Shown: in pieces, positions 36,167-46,633 of the stretch
Layout: each line of letters begins with the position of its first letter
Position numbering within the stretch: position 1 is the stretch's first letter
Program-made: the position numbers and the translations under genes
Assembly: GCA_025357055.1 (NCBI GenBank)
Contig: JANXPZ010000125.1
Location: forward strand, 800-64,799
Reading direction: 5' to 3'
Length of the DNA stretch: 64,000 bases
Source of the DNA: Candidatus Eiseniibacteriota bacterium
Lineage (GTDB): Bacteria > Eisenbacteria > RBG-16-71-46
The notes under the pieces: generated by a model
What the model was told of the DNA's origin: nothing
Databases searched by the model: none
The model's input: only the letters and a program-made list of their open reading frames with translations

Positions 36167-37875
36167 GCGCGCGCCGCAGGCGGAGTCCGTCACGGCCGCT
36201 CCATCCCGCGGGGGCCGGCCCCGCGCTGACGCTGGCCGCTGCGCTCGTCGTGCTGCTGGTGGCCTGCGGCTCCGCGGCGCAGGCCGCGCAGGTGGAAGCC
36301 CACGTCACCTACCTCGCCGGCGGATCGGTCTACGTGGACGCCGGGCGTCTGGAGGGTCTGCGCGAGGGCGACTCGCTGGTCGTGGTGCGAGGTGGAAAGA
36401 CCATCGCCTGGCTGCGGGCCTCGTTCCTCTCCTCTCACCGGACCTCGTGCGACACCCTGGGCACGCTCGCGCCCATCCGGGTGGGCGACCTGGCGGGCTT
36501 CGTCACGAATGTCCCCGGGCCCTCCGCTGCGGGAGGTGACACCACCGCCGCGGTGACCGGCGCCCCGCCGGCGACTGCGTCTCCCGCTCCCGGCGCGCCC
36601 GCGCCCCACCCGGTTCCGGGTGTGCCCTTGAGTGGCGCCACGCCTGCGGCCCCACCGCCACGTGCCGCGCGGCGCGGCGGGGCGTTGCGCGGACGCATCG
36701 GGGCGCGCTTCCTCACCGTACAGACCGACCACGGTGGCCGCCTCACGCAGCCGGCGCTCGACCTGCGGCTCGACGGCGTGAGCCTGGCGGGGACGCCGCT
36801 CGACCTGGCCGTGGACTTCCGGGGGCGCCGCGTCACCCAGAGCATTCCCGGGCGGGTCACGCTGAACACCGATCGCGGCCTGTTCTACCGTTTCGCGCTC
36901 GCCACTCACGACCTGGCCGGGCACTACCGGTTCACGGTCGGGCGGCAGCTCTCGCCCTCGCTCGCGCCCGTGAACCTGTTCGACGGCGCGCTGGTCGAGC
37001 GCCGCGGCACGCGCTGGAACGCCGGTCTCTTCAGCGGCGCGCAGCCCGAGCCCATGCGGCTCGGCATGTCGGGTGCGATCGTGCAGGGCGGCGGGTACCT
37101 CGAGTGGCACCAGTCGGCGGGCGCGGCGCGGCGCTGGACCGTCAGCGGCGGCGCCATCAGTTCGTACGACCACGGCAACACCAACCGCGATTTCGGCTTC
37201 CTGCAGGGCTTCTACCTGGACCGCACGCTGAGCGCGACGCTCTCGCAGGAGGTGGACCTGAACCGGGGCTGGAAGCGCGATCTGGGTCAGCCTGCGTTCC
37301 AGGCGACCGGCACGTTCCTCACCACGAACGTGCGGGTCGGCTCCGCGCTCTCCCTGCGTGGCGGCTACGACAACCGGCGCAACGTCTGGCTCTATCGCGA
37401 CCGCATCACGCCCGAGAACCTGTTCGACGACCGTTACCGGCAGGGAGGCTGGGGCGGCGCGTTGCTCGATCTGGCACACCACGTCCGGCTCACGGGGGAC
37501 GCGCGCACCAGCTCGATCGCCGGGGCGCGGCGCCAGAACGGCTGGACCGGCGGCCTCGAGGGCTATCGCTTCACCCCGCTCAACCTCGCGTTGCGCGCGC
37601 GCTACAGCCGGCTCACGGGCAGTGGCCTGGAGAACTCACTGGTCTCGTACGGGGCCGGCCTCGATCCGCTGGGTTGGGCGCACGTCGAAGTGACCGGGGG
37701 GCAGCGCACCACCCGGGAGGCGCTGGCCGGGGTCCAGGAACGCTCGCAGTGGCTCGGCGCCGACCTCGACCTGACGCTGCCGGGCCGCGCCTACCTGAAC
37801 GTCTCGTACGAGGGGGATTCCGGTGGCATCAGCCCGATGCGACAGGCCTACTTCGGACTGAGCTGGAGGTTCTGA
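36163..37875 (+). CDS. Outer-membrane beta-barrel protein (porin-like), possibly a lipoprotein; start tentative
   Basis: TTG start overlapping the cytochrome stop (TTGA) gives RRRR + hydrophobic + LVAC (lipobox-like) / AQA signal; Pro/Ala-rich linker; long alternating amphipathic region ending ...AYFGLSWRF (terminal aromatic typical of OM barrels). Confidence 0.55.
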   Translation: MSARRRRSPSRPLHPAGAGPALTLAAALVVLLVACGSAAQAAQVEAHVTYLAGGSVYVDAGRLEGLREGDSLVVVRGGKTIAWLRASFLSSHRTSCDTLGTLAPIRVGDLAGFVTNVPGPSAAGGDTTAAVTGAPPATASPAPGAPAPHPVPGVPLSGATPAAPPPRAARRGGALRGRIGARFLTVQTDHGGRLTQPALDLRLDGVSLAGTPLDLAVDFRGRRVTQSIPGRVTLNTDRGLFYRFALATHDLAGHYRFTVGRQLSPSLAPVNLFDGALVERRGTRWNAGLFSGAQPEPMRLGMSGAIVQGGGYLEWHQSAGAARRWTVSGGAISSYDHGNTNRDFGFLQGFYLDRTLSATLSQEVDLNRGWKRDLGQPAFQATGTFLTTNVRVGSALSLRGGYDNRRNVWLYRDRITPENLFDDRYRQGGWGGALLDLAHHVRLTGDARTSSIAGARRQNGWTGGLEGYRFTPLNLALRARYSRLTGSGLENSLVSYGAGLDPLGWAHVEVTGGQRTTREALAGVQERSQWLGADLDLTLPGRAYLNVSYEGDSGGISPMRQAYFGLSWRF

Positions 37876-37897
37876 GCCGCGCGGCGGCGGGAGGAAC

Positions 37898-39124
37898 CTA
37901 GCGCGCCCGCATCCAGCGGAGGATCTCGGGGAGCGTCGGGTCCTTGCCGTACATCAGCATCCCGACCCTGAAGATCCGCCCGGCGACACCGCGCATCCAC
38001 CAGCCGCCGAGCGCGAGGAGCGCGAGCCCGAGCGCGATCTCCCACGACTGGGCCGCGCCGAGCGCGATGCGCACCGGCAGGAGCATGGGCGAGAACGGCG
38101 GCAGCTGCGACACGGCGACCAGCCAGCCGACCTCGGGATCGCGCAGCATCGGGACCAGGAAGAGGATGGGCATCATCGGGAGCATGAAGAAGTACCCCTG
38201 GAACTTCGCGCTCGACTCGATGCCCTGCATGGTCGCGAGCACGGCGGCGAACATGGCGTTGTAGAAGTAGAGGCCGAGCACCGCGAAGGCGACATCCACC
38301 AGCAGGTTGCCGGCGCTCACCGACAGCGGCAGGCTGAACGCGAACGCCCCGCCCAGGATGAACAGCGATCCGGCCCAGACCAGCGCCATCAGCAGGCCGA
38401 TCAGCGTGAACGCCAGGATCTTCCCGTCCATCCAGGACTCGGCGCGGATGGCGGAGACCACCACCTCGGTGACCCGGGCCTGCTTCTCGCCGCTGATGCC
38501 GATCATGAGATACGAGATGGTCGAGAACAGCACGGCCATCATCAGGACGACCAGGGCGATGCCGACCATGCGTTCGGCGCGCGCGGTCCCCGGGTCACGG
38601 CTCCCGCCGTTCGCCGCGGCGACGCGTTCCCGGAGGCGCAGCGGAGCGTCGAGCCGGGCGAGCGCGGTCGAATCGAGCCCGAGGCCCGCGGCGCGTTGCC
38701 GCCGCGCGGCCGCGCGCAGGGCCGTGCGGGCGTCCTCCAGCCATCCCGGGCGGGAGGAGCGCATCAGCACCGTGGCCCGGCCCGAGTCGGCGAAGTCCGC
38801 GGCGAGCGCCACGGCCCCGGCCACGCGCTTCTCGCGCACCATGCGCTCGAGCCCCTCCAGGTCGCGCACGTCGCCGGGCGGGTCCGTCCAGCGCAGGACC
38901 TTGGTGTCGGGGAGCCGCTCCGGACTCAGTGCTCCGGAGGCCTCCACGCGGACCACCGCGAGCGTGACGGGCTTCCCGGCGCCGAGGAGCAGGGACGGGA
39001 GCCCGCCGAACCCGATCGCGAGCAGGGGTGTGAGCAGGACCGAGGCGATGAAGTCACCGCGGCGCAACACGCGCGCCAGCTCCCAGCGGACCACCGGCAG
39101 CCACTGCAGACGACGCTCAGCCAT
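37898..39124 (-). CDS. ABC-2-type transporter permease
   Basis: 408 aa, one N-terminal TM helix + large loop + 5 C-terminal TM helices, NatB/ABC-2 architecture; overlaps the ATPase gene by 8 nt. Confidence 0.7.
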   Translation of the reverse strand: MAERRLQWLPVVRWELARVLRRGDFIASVLLTPLLAIGFGGLPSLLLGAGKPVTLAVVRVEASGALSPERLPDTKVLRWTDPPGDVRDLEGLERMVREKRVAGAVALAADFADSGRATVLMRSSRPGWLEDARTALRAAARRQRAAGLGLDSTALARLDAPLRLRERVAAANGGSRDPGTARAERMVGIALVVLMMAVLFSTISYLMIGISGEKQARVTEVVVSAIRAESWMDGKILAFTLIGLLMALVWAGSLFILGGAFAFSLPLSVSAGNLLVDVAFAVLGLYFYNAMFAAVLATMQGIESSAKFQGYFFMLPMMPILFLVPMLRDPEVGWLVAVSQLPPFSPMLLPVRIALGAAQSWEIALGLALLALGGWWMRGVAGRIFRVGMLMYGKDPTLPEILRWMRAR

Positions 39125-40100
39125 CGGCCACCTCGCTCGCCAGGGTCCTGCGCGCCTCGCGATCGCTCTCGACCGCCCGCACGTAGAGCTCGTGGAGCGG
39201 TAGACGCTGCGTATCCACGCCGTGGACGACGGCGTGGGCGGCGATCGCGGCCAGCAGCGGGGCGAGATCCCGCCCGGGAGGCACGGCGATCTCCAGTGCC
39301 TGGCGTCCGTCCCCGAGCGCCTCCCGCTCGAACCGGGCCTCCGGGATCACGGTCGCGACGGCCCGCTCGACCGGGTCGAGACCCGCGAGCGCGGTCAACT
39401 CGACGCGGACCACCAGGTCGGCCCCGCCGGTCGCGGCCCGCCGCACCTCATCGAGCGTGCCGCCGAACAACGTGCGCCCGCGCGAGAGCAGCAGGAAGCG
39501 GTCGGCGAGGCGTTCGACGAGGTCGAGCTGGTGGGCGGAGAGCAGCACCGCGGTGCCCTGCCTGCACAGCTCGCGCATGATGTGCATGGCGAGCTCCTGA
39601 TTGAGTGGATCGAGCCCCGAGAAGGGCTCGTCGAGGACCGCGAGCGCGGGCCGGTGGAGCACCGCCCCCGCGAGCTGCAGCTTCTGCTGATTGCCCTTGG
39701 AAAGCGTGTTGACCTTGTGGCCCGCCCGGTCGGTGAGCTCGAACCGCTCCAGCCACTCACGCGCAGCCTTCCGGGCGGCGCCGGCCCGCATCCCCCGCAG
39801 CTCGCCGAAGTAGATGAGCGTGTCGAGCACGGGTGCATCCGGATACAGCCCGCGCTCCTCGGGCAGGTACCCCACGCGGCCGCGGTCGAGGTCGGCTGAC
39901 CCGTCGAAGAGGATCCGCCCTTCGTCCGGCCGGGTGATGCCCATCACCATCCGCAGTGTCGTGGTCTTTCCGGCTCCGTTGGGTCCGAGGAAACCGAACA
40001 CCTCGCCCGCGCGGACCCCGAACGACAGGGCATCCACGGCCTGGAGGTCGCCGAATCGCTTGGAGACGCTCTCGAGCTCGAGCAGGGGGCGAGGGGGCAT
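39117..40100 (-). CDS. ABC transporter ATP-binding protein
   Basis: Walker A GPNGAGKTT, signature LSKGNQQKL, Walker B LAVLDEP, H-loop; start MPPRPLLELESV at 40100. Confidence 0.85.
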   Translation of the reverse strand: MPPRPLLELESVSKRFGDLQAVDALSFGVRAGEVFGFLGPNGAGKTTTLRMVMGITRPDEGRILFDGSADLDRGRVGYLPEERGLYPDAPVLDTLIYFGELRGMRAGAARKAAREWLERFELTDRAGHKVNTLSKGNQQKLQLAGAVLHRPALAVLDEPFSGLDPLNQELAMHIMRELCRQGTAVLLSAHQLDLVERLADRFLLLSRGRTLFGGTLDEVRRAATGGADLVVRVELTALAGLDPVERAVATVIPEARFEREALGDGRQALEIAVPPGRDLAPLLAAIAAHAVVHGVDTQRLPLHELYVRAVESDREARRTLASEVADG

Positions 40101-40183
40101 GGGTCCGCTCCGGTGAGCTGATGCTGGTACTGGTGCGTGGCGCATCGCCTCAAGGGTTCCGTTGGCCCTGGGGGACGTCCGGG

Positions 40184-42816
40184 CTAGGGGACGACGGTCA
40201 CGCGGCGGGTGAGGCTCCTGCCTCCATGGGTCAGACGGACGAGATAGATGCCGGGCTCGAGGGCCAGGCCCTCGGAGACGTTCACCAGGTGGGGGCCGAC
40301 GCCTTCCACCTGCCGCCTGGCCGACTGGCGGCCCGCCACGTCGAGCAACTCGAGCGTGGCGGGAGTGGCGTCGGGCAGCGCCAGGGAGATGAACACGCCC
40401 TCCCTGCGCGAAGCGGGGTTGGGCCGGGCGCCGTGGAGAGCGAAGACCGTCGTCGGCACGTCCAGCGGCACGCCCACCCAGACCGCGCTGGTCGTCCGCG
40501 GCGTCTCACCGTCGAGCCACGCCAGCCGGTAGGCGTAATGGGCGCCGGGCGAGACCGTGGCGTCCACGAAGGTCAGTCTCCCGGCGCCGGCACTCGTGGG
40601 CTCGCCGATCGCGACGAAGTCCGTCAGGCTGTCCCGGCGCTCGACCGTGATGACGGGCTGGGGGCTCCCGCTGGTGGTCCAGAACAGGGTCACGCGCCCG
40701 GACGTGGACACGACCCTCGAGAACAGGGCCTCGAACGACGTGGCCAGCAATGGCACGGTGGCGGCGTAGACGTCGGGGTCGGCGTTGCGGCCATCGGCCC
40801 AGGCCGCGTACAGGTCGGCGTGGTTCGCGAACAGCGACAGGTAGTCGCCCTGGTTCGGCATGATGTTGCTGGCGACGTTGGTCCAATCCGTCTGCGTCGC
40901 GTTCAGGGCGCCGACCGGGGTCCAGGTCGTGCCGTTGTCGTCCGAGCGCGACAGGTGGACGTTCGAGCCGCCGCCGCAGATCGAGGCCGAGTCGCGCCAG
41001 TCGTACCAGAGGCAGTAGGGCTTGCTGTCGCCGCCGCTCCCGCCCACCGCCACCTCGGGGAGCCAGTCGTCGTAGCCGGCCGGGCTGTCGCTCGACCGGA
41101 CGGGAGCGGACCAGGTCGCGCCGTCGTCCGACCAGGTCACGAACACGTCGCGGTGGTCGCGCGCTCGCTCGCCTGCGGTGGGCGTGTCCAGGCCCGTGAC
41201 GATCCGGTAGGCGCCGACGCTGCCGTCCCACGAGGCGCAGCGCGCGTAGTAGGTGCCGCTCACGGGCAAGGTGAAGCAGATGAAGTTGGTCAGCCCCGTG
41301 CCGGGCGCGGAGAGAGCGAGGCGGGTCGCGCCATCGCTGCAGAAGAGCCGCAGCGACATGTTGAACGTGGAACTGATGGAATCGGCGTAGAAGATCACGG
41401 TCTGGCCCGCCGTGCCGTTGAAGCTGAAGAAATCGAAGTCCGAGGGTGCCGAGAGGGAGCCCCTCAGGGTCTTGCCGGGGGTGAAAGCATCCGCCGTGGC
41501 CAGCGAGTCGTTGACCTCCGTCTCGGAGACGGAGCCGGTCGTGCCCAGGGCGGCGTCGTAGAAATCGACGGATTCGTTCCAGGCCATGTAGATGCGGCCG
41601 CGATACGGCCCGCTCGAACGGTCCACCGCGATCGAGGGGTAGGTGATGCCGGTGCCCCGGTTGAACCCCGGCGCGCCGCTGCCGAAATTCGAGTAGATCG
41701 AGGCCGCGTTGACGGCCGCGTCGAAGGTCGCACCCTGGTCCGTGGACTTGCGGAGCTTCATGAGGTCCACGTCCACCAGGCCGATGGAGTACCAGGTGAC
41801 GTAGACCTCGCCGTTCGGGCCCACCACGGGGCGGGAACCCTGCACGTATCCGGCTTCGGCGCTGGCGGAGAGGCGCTGGGGGCTGTCCCAGGTCGTGCCG
41901 CCGACCGAGGAGCGCTGGAAGACGATCGTGTCCGCGGCGACGCTGAAGACGGTGTAGGAGAGGTAGAGCCGGCCGCTGAGCGAGTCCGCTGCGAGCCAGG
42001 GCTTGTCGAACAGGACCGAGGCGTTGTTGCCAAGACGCACCAGCGCGGGCGTGCTCCACTGCACCGTGTCGGCGTTGAAGCGCGCCTTCACCAGCGCGAT
42101 GCCGTTCCTCGTGGAGTTGTCATCCACCATCGCGCAGAACCAGAAGTCCCCCGTCTTCTCGTTGACCGTGACCAGCGGATCGCTGGCCCAGCGCCAGCCC
42201 GCCGGCACGGGTGGAGAGCCGCCGTCGGTGTAGGTGACCCCTCCGTCCACCGAGTAGCCGTAGCCCTGCGTGCTGGTCGTGGTAGCGGTCGCGAATCCCA
42301 GACCGTCGTTCCAGGCGACCAGTATGTTCGAGCCCTGCGCGGCGATCATCTGCTCGGCCTGCCCGATGGAGGAGTAGGCGGCGTCCTGCGCGCGGTCGTT
42401 GACGAGCACGTCGGGGCCCAGGGCCGCCGTGGCTCGCGCGGGCGAAGCCGTCCGTGTGCCCGGCGCGCCCGTGCCCGGACCCTGGGGGCCGCCGGCCTCG
42501 TACCAGTCGCCCCGCCGCCGGACTCCGGCGCCGGGCCGCACCTGCCCGGGGTGTCTGCGGATCAGCCGGGTGAGCTCCTTCGCCCGCGCCATCCGTGCGC
42601 GCGCGCCCTGGAGGATGAGTCGCTGCTGCAGACGCTTGAGCGCGGGGGCATACGAGGAGACCTTAGCCCCGGCCGACGGCCCGGAGTACTGGCCGGGCTC
42701 CTCGGCGCGGGCCGCGGACGGTCCGGCGTTCGCGAAGGAGAGCAGGGAGGCCACCAGCGCCAGTGCGAGCACGAACGCTGCGCGGAGCGTGGCGGAGTGG
42801 TGAAGACGCAGGGGCA
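40184..42816 (-). CDS. Secreted BNR/sialidase-superfamily repeat protein with T9SS-type (Por/FlgD-Ig-like) C-terminal domain
   Basis: Signal peptide; Asp-box-like motifs (STDQGATF, SDDGATWS, SDDNGTTWT); C-terminal ~80 aa ...PNPASRREGVFISLALPDATPATLELLDVAGRQ...GIYLVRLTHGGRSLTRRVTVVP. Confidence 0.6.
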
Positions 42817-43084
42817 TGGCGGACGTCCTTCTCGGGGTGTTGGGTTCGGATCCCGCACAAGTCCCGGCCGTGGGGCGAACTGGCCCGGGATTCCTGGCGC
42901 CCCACCCCGGGGCACCAGAGCGCGTGTATTGCTCACGCAGGGCAATCTTCGCACCGCCCCGCGCGCGAGTCCACCCGGCCACCGGGTCCGGCGCGGAGGG
43001 CCCGGCGCGCCGGCCTTCACCCGCCCGCGACGACGACGGGGGCGGGTGAAGGCCGCCCCCGTCGCCGACTACGGTCCGGGACGA

Positions 43085-46000
43085 TCAACGCATGCGCGCG
43101 ATCTTGCGGCTCATGGTCCGGCCCTCGGCGTCGAGGCGCAGGAAGTAGATCCCGGCGCTCGACGGCCGGCCGTCCTGGTCAAGGCCGTCCCACGAGACGC
43201 GGTGCTCGCCCGCGGCCTGCGCGCCGTGCACCAGCAGGCGCACCCGGCGGCCCTGCACGTCGAGCACGTCGAGCGAGGCGTCGCCCGGGCGCGTGAGCGT
43301 GAACGCGATCGAAGTCGAGTGGAGCATCGGGTTGGGGTGCGCATCGGCGAGCATGAGCGTGGCGGGCTGCACGCGGGAGGCCACGTCCACCCACGCGCCC
43401 GGCACGCGGAAGTCGGTCTCGAGGCGGCCGCTGCGCGTCGGCGAGCGCCACGGACCGTTCGGGAAATACACCGACCGGGCGAGGGTGCGCATCTGCCACG
43501 CGTACGGCACACCGCTGGTCAGGCCGGTCGCGCCCGCGAGGAGGCTCGCCATGCTGCCGTAGGCGCCCGGTGCCCCGGTCGCGACCCACCCGGTGATGCC
43601 GCTTGCGCCCGGAGCCGGCAGGCCGACCACCGGCGTGACGCGGTACTGCAGGCGCACCCTGGTGCGGCCCGCGGCCGAGCGGCCGTGCGAGAGGAGGAAG
43701 AGGCCGCCCGGATCGCTCTGGCAACCCGGCTGGATCAGGTGCGCGGGCGCGGTGCTGCGATAGCCGACGCCGAGCTGGAGCGAGCCCGAGCCCTGCGCGC
43801 CATAGCGCACCTGGCAGAGGCCCTGGCGGCCGAGCACATTGCTGTAGCCCGGCTCGCCGAAGATCAGATCGCTCCAGCCGTCGCTGTTCACATCGCCCGC
43901 GTTGGCGAGCGAGTGCCCCATGTTCGCGAACGCCGAGCCGCCGGTCGCGCTCCAGAACGCCGGTGCGCCGGCCGGCAGCGGGCCGCGGAAGACGTGGGCG
44001 GCGCCCTGGTCCTGCGGGCCGCCCTGGTCCTGGAAGACGGCGCCGACGAGCACGTCGCTGAGGCCGTCGCCGTCGACGTCGCCCGCCGAGGACACGGCCG
44101 AGCCGAAGCCGCCGTACGCCTCGCCGCCGTACTGGGTCCACAGCAGGCCCAGCGAACCGTCCGCGATCCCGATGAAGACGCGCGCCGCGCCCTCGCCGCT
44201 GAGGGTGTTGGTGGCCGAGGGAGCGCCCACGATGATGTCGCTGAGCCCGTCGCCGTTCACGTCGCCCGCGCCGGCGACCGAAGCGCCGAAGCGCCAGGAC
44301 GACGCCCTCGCGGAGATCGTGAACGTCGTCGAGGGGCCCGCGGTTGAGCCGTAAGCCACCACCACGTGGCCGGCATCGGGGAAGATCGCCCCCGCCTTGC
44401 CGGGCGTATCGAAGTCGGGCGCGCCGATGACGACGTCGGAGAAGCCGTCGCCGTTGACGTCGCCCGCGCCGGCCACCGAGCTGCCCAGGTGCGCGTCGGC
44501 CTGGCCGCCGCTGGCCGACCACATCGGCGTGGTGCTGAGCCCGCCCGGGCCGCCGCGGTAGACGTAGACACGGCCCTCGCCCGGGAGCGGCGAGGTGGGA
44601 TCGACGCCCATGGGCGCGCCCACGATCACGTCCGCATAGCCGTCGCCGTCCACGTCGCCGGCCGGGGCGACCGAGCCGCCGAACTGGCTGCCGGCGCTGA
44701 AGCCGGTGAGGGTGACGTTCGGGGCGGAGGGCAGCCCGCCCGGGCCTCCGTACCAGATGCGAGCCTGTCCCACGCCGCCCGCGGCGGTGTGGGCGCCGAT
44801 GATGAGGTCGGCGTAGCCATCGCCGTTGATGTCACCGGCCGAGGCGACCGAGACGCCGAGTTGATCGCCCGAGGCCCCAAAGGTGTACCAGGTCGCGGTC
44901 GGCACCAGCCCGGTCGCGCTCCCACGGAACAACTGGATGAGCCCGTTGTTTGACTCACCCGGTGAGATGTAGTTGTACCAGGTGGGCTCGCCCACCAGCA
45001 CGTCGTCGTAGCCGTCGCCGTTGACGTCGCCGGCCGAGGCCACCGACCAGCCCAGGTTCGGGTTCTCGATCGCGGTCTGGGTGATGCTCCAGTTCGAGTA
45101 CGACGAAGGCGGCGAGCCGACCCCGTAGTGCACCAGCACGCGCCCCTCGGAGGACTCGCCATTGGTGAAGTACGGGTCGCCCACGAGCAGGTCGCTGAGG
45201 CCGTCGCCGTTCACGTCACCGGCGGTCATCACGTGGGTCGAGCCGGCCGGGTATCCAAGCAGTTGCTGGATGATGAGCGTGGTGCCCACGCTCTGGGCCA
45301 GGTCCACGCGCGAGCTCTCGCCGATCAGCAGGTCGGGCCGGCCGTCGCCGTTCACGTCGCCGGCGGGTGTCAGCGTGATGCCGAACTGCGCGTTCGCGAC
45401 TCCCGAGGACTCCCACCAGAGCAGGTTCGCGGTCGCGGTGTCCACGCCCGCGGCGGAGCCCCGAAAGACGAACGCCATGCCGGATGCGGTCCCGTAGGTG
45501 TTGTCGGCCGGAGCGCCGACCGCGACGTCGGCGTAGCCGTCGCCATTGAGGTCGCCCGCCGGCGCGACGGTGGCGCCGAACTCCCCGTACTGGTGGTGAC
45601 CGAGGAGCGTGGTGCTGCCGACGAGGGTGCCGAGGTTCGAGAAGCCGGGAGTCAGTGGCAGCCCGGCGGCGGAGCCGTAGATCACGTAGGCCTTGCCCAC
45701 CGGGTCGAAGCTGAACGTCGCTTCGGCCAGTGGGGCACCCACGATGATGTCGTCGAAGCCGTCGGCGTTGACGTCCCCCGCGCCTGCGACCGACGAGCCG
45801 AGGTGGGCGTTGAGGCCGGTGGCCGTGCAGCCGGTCAAAAACCAGTTGTTCGTCATGCTCACGCCCGTGGCCGAGCCATAGAGCACCTCGGCCACGCCAC
45901 TGCCGGGCGATGGCGTGCAGGGCCAGAACCCGGCCGCGCTCGGCATCCCGAAGATGAGGTCGCCGAAGCCGTCACCGTTCACGTCCCCGGCCGGCGCGAC

Positions 46001-46633
46001 GTTGAAACCGTAGAGATTGCTGCCGAAGGACGAGAGCGAGTTGAAGTTCACCAGGTCGAGGCCGCCCGCGGCGCCGAAGTACACGCGCGCCGATCCGTTG
46101 AGATACCAGAACAACACGATGTCGCCCAGGTTGTCGCCGTTCACGTCCCCCGCAGGGGCGACCTGGGCGCCCGGCGGCAGGTCGACGACCGGGTAGCCGG
46201 ACGCCAGCACCGGGCCGCTCGCGCTGCCGAGGTAGAGGTAGAGCGCGCTGTGGTAGGAGTTCACGTCCCCGATCGCGACGAAGTCGCTGATGCCGTCGCC
46301 GTCCACGTCACCGGCCGGGGTCAGGCTCATGCCGAGCATGCGGTTGGCGACATTGGACTCGGACGACCAACCCACGGTCGCCGTCAGCAACGCCGGCTGC
46401 GCCACGCGGTCGGGGACGGCGATCCCCCGCGGCGCGGCGGGCGGGGCGCCTGCACGCGTGATGATGCCGAGGTCGGGCAGGAACGACTGCAGCGCGGCGG
46501 GCGGCGGCGCGGGGACCGGGGTCATGAACGAGTCGAGGTCCGGCAGGCCGGCTGCGGCGGCGCTCGCCAGGGTGAGCGCCAGGGCGACGAGGGCCCCGCC
46601 GAGGAGGCGGGATGGACGGGTGGCGTGGCGCAT
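43085..46633 (-). CDS. Giant secreted FG-GAP/VCBS-repeat protein (about 1180 aa) with T9SS-type C-terminal domain
   Basis: More than 15 repeats of ..AGDVNGDG(Y/F)(A/S)D(V/L)..; C-terminus ...PNPMLHSTSIAFTLTRPGDASLDVLDVQGRRVRLL...GIYFLRLDAEGRTMSRKIARMR, homologous to the C-terminus of 40184..42816. Confidence 0.7.
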   Translation of the reverse strand: MRHATRPSRLLGGALVALALTLASAAAAGLPDLDSFMTPVPAPPPAALQSFLPDLGIITRAGAPPAAPRGIAVPDRVAQPALLTATVGWSSESNVANRMLGMSLTPAGDVDGDGISDFVAIGDVNSYHSALYLYLGSASGPVLASGYPVVDLPPGAQVAPAGDVNGDNLGDIVLFWYLNGSARVYFGAAGGLDLVNFNSLSSFGSNLYGFNVAPAGDVNGDGFGDLIFGMPSAAGFWPCTPSPGSGVAEVLYGSATGVSMTNNWFLTGCTATGLNAHLGSSVAGAGDVNADGFDDIIVGAPLAEATFSFDPVGKAYVIYGSAAGLPLTPGFSNLGTLVGSTTLLGHHQYGEFGATVAPAGDLNGDGYADVAVGAPADNTYGTASGMAFVFRGSAAGVDTATANLLWWESSGVANAQFGITLTPAGDVNGDGRPDLLIGESSRVDLAQSVGTTLIIQQLLGYPAGSTHVMTAGDVNGDGLSDLLVGDPYFTNGESSEGRVLVHYGVGSPPSSYSNWSITQTAIENPNLGWSVASAGDVNGDGYDDVLVGEPTWYNYISPGESNNGLIQLFRGSATGLVPTATWYTFGASGDQLGVSVASAGDINGDGYADLIIGAHTAAGGVGQARIWYGGPGGLPSAPNVTLTGFSAGSQFGGSVAPAGDVDGDGYADVIVGAPMGVDPTSPLPGEGRVYVYRGGPGGLSTTPMWSASGGQADAHLGSSVAGAGDVNGDGFSDVVIGAPDFDTPGKAGAIFPDAGHVVVAYGSTAGPSTTFTISARASSWRFGASVAGAGDVNGDGLSDIIVGAPSATNTLSGEGAARVFIGIADGSLGLLWTQYGGEAYGGFGSAVSSAGDVDGDGLSDVLVGAVFQDQGGPQDQGAAHVFRGPLPAGAPAFWSATGGSAFANMGHSLANAGDVNSDGWSDLIFGEPGYSNVLGRQGLCQVRYGAQGSGSLQLGVGYRSTAPAHLIQPGCQSDPGGLFLLSHGRSAAGRTRVRLQYRVTPVVGLPAPGASGITGWVATGAPGAYGSMASLLAGATGLTSGVPYAWQMRTLARSVYFPNGPWRSPTRSGRLETDFRVPGAWVDVASRVQPATLMLADAHPNPMLHSTSIAFTLTRPGDASLDVLDVQGRRVRLLVHGAQAAGEHRVSWDGLDQDGRPSSAGIYFLRLDAEGRTMSRKIARMR

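Noticed and set aside
36084-36539. 151-aa ORF between the 17-heme cytochrome and the barrel gene
   Set aside because: R/G/A-rich off-frame translation; the in-frame TTG-initiated barrel gene gives a proper signal peptide
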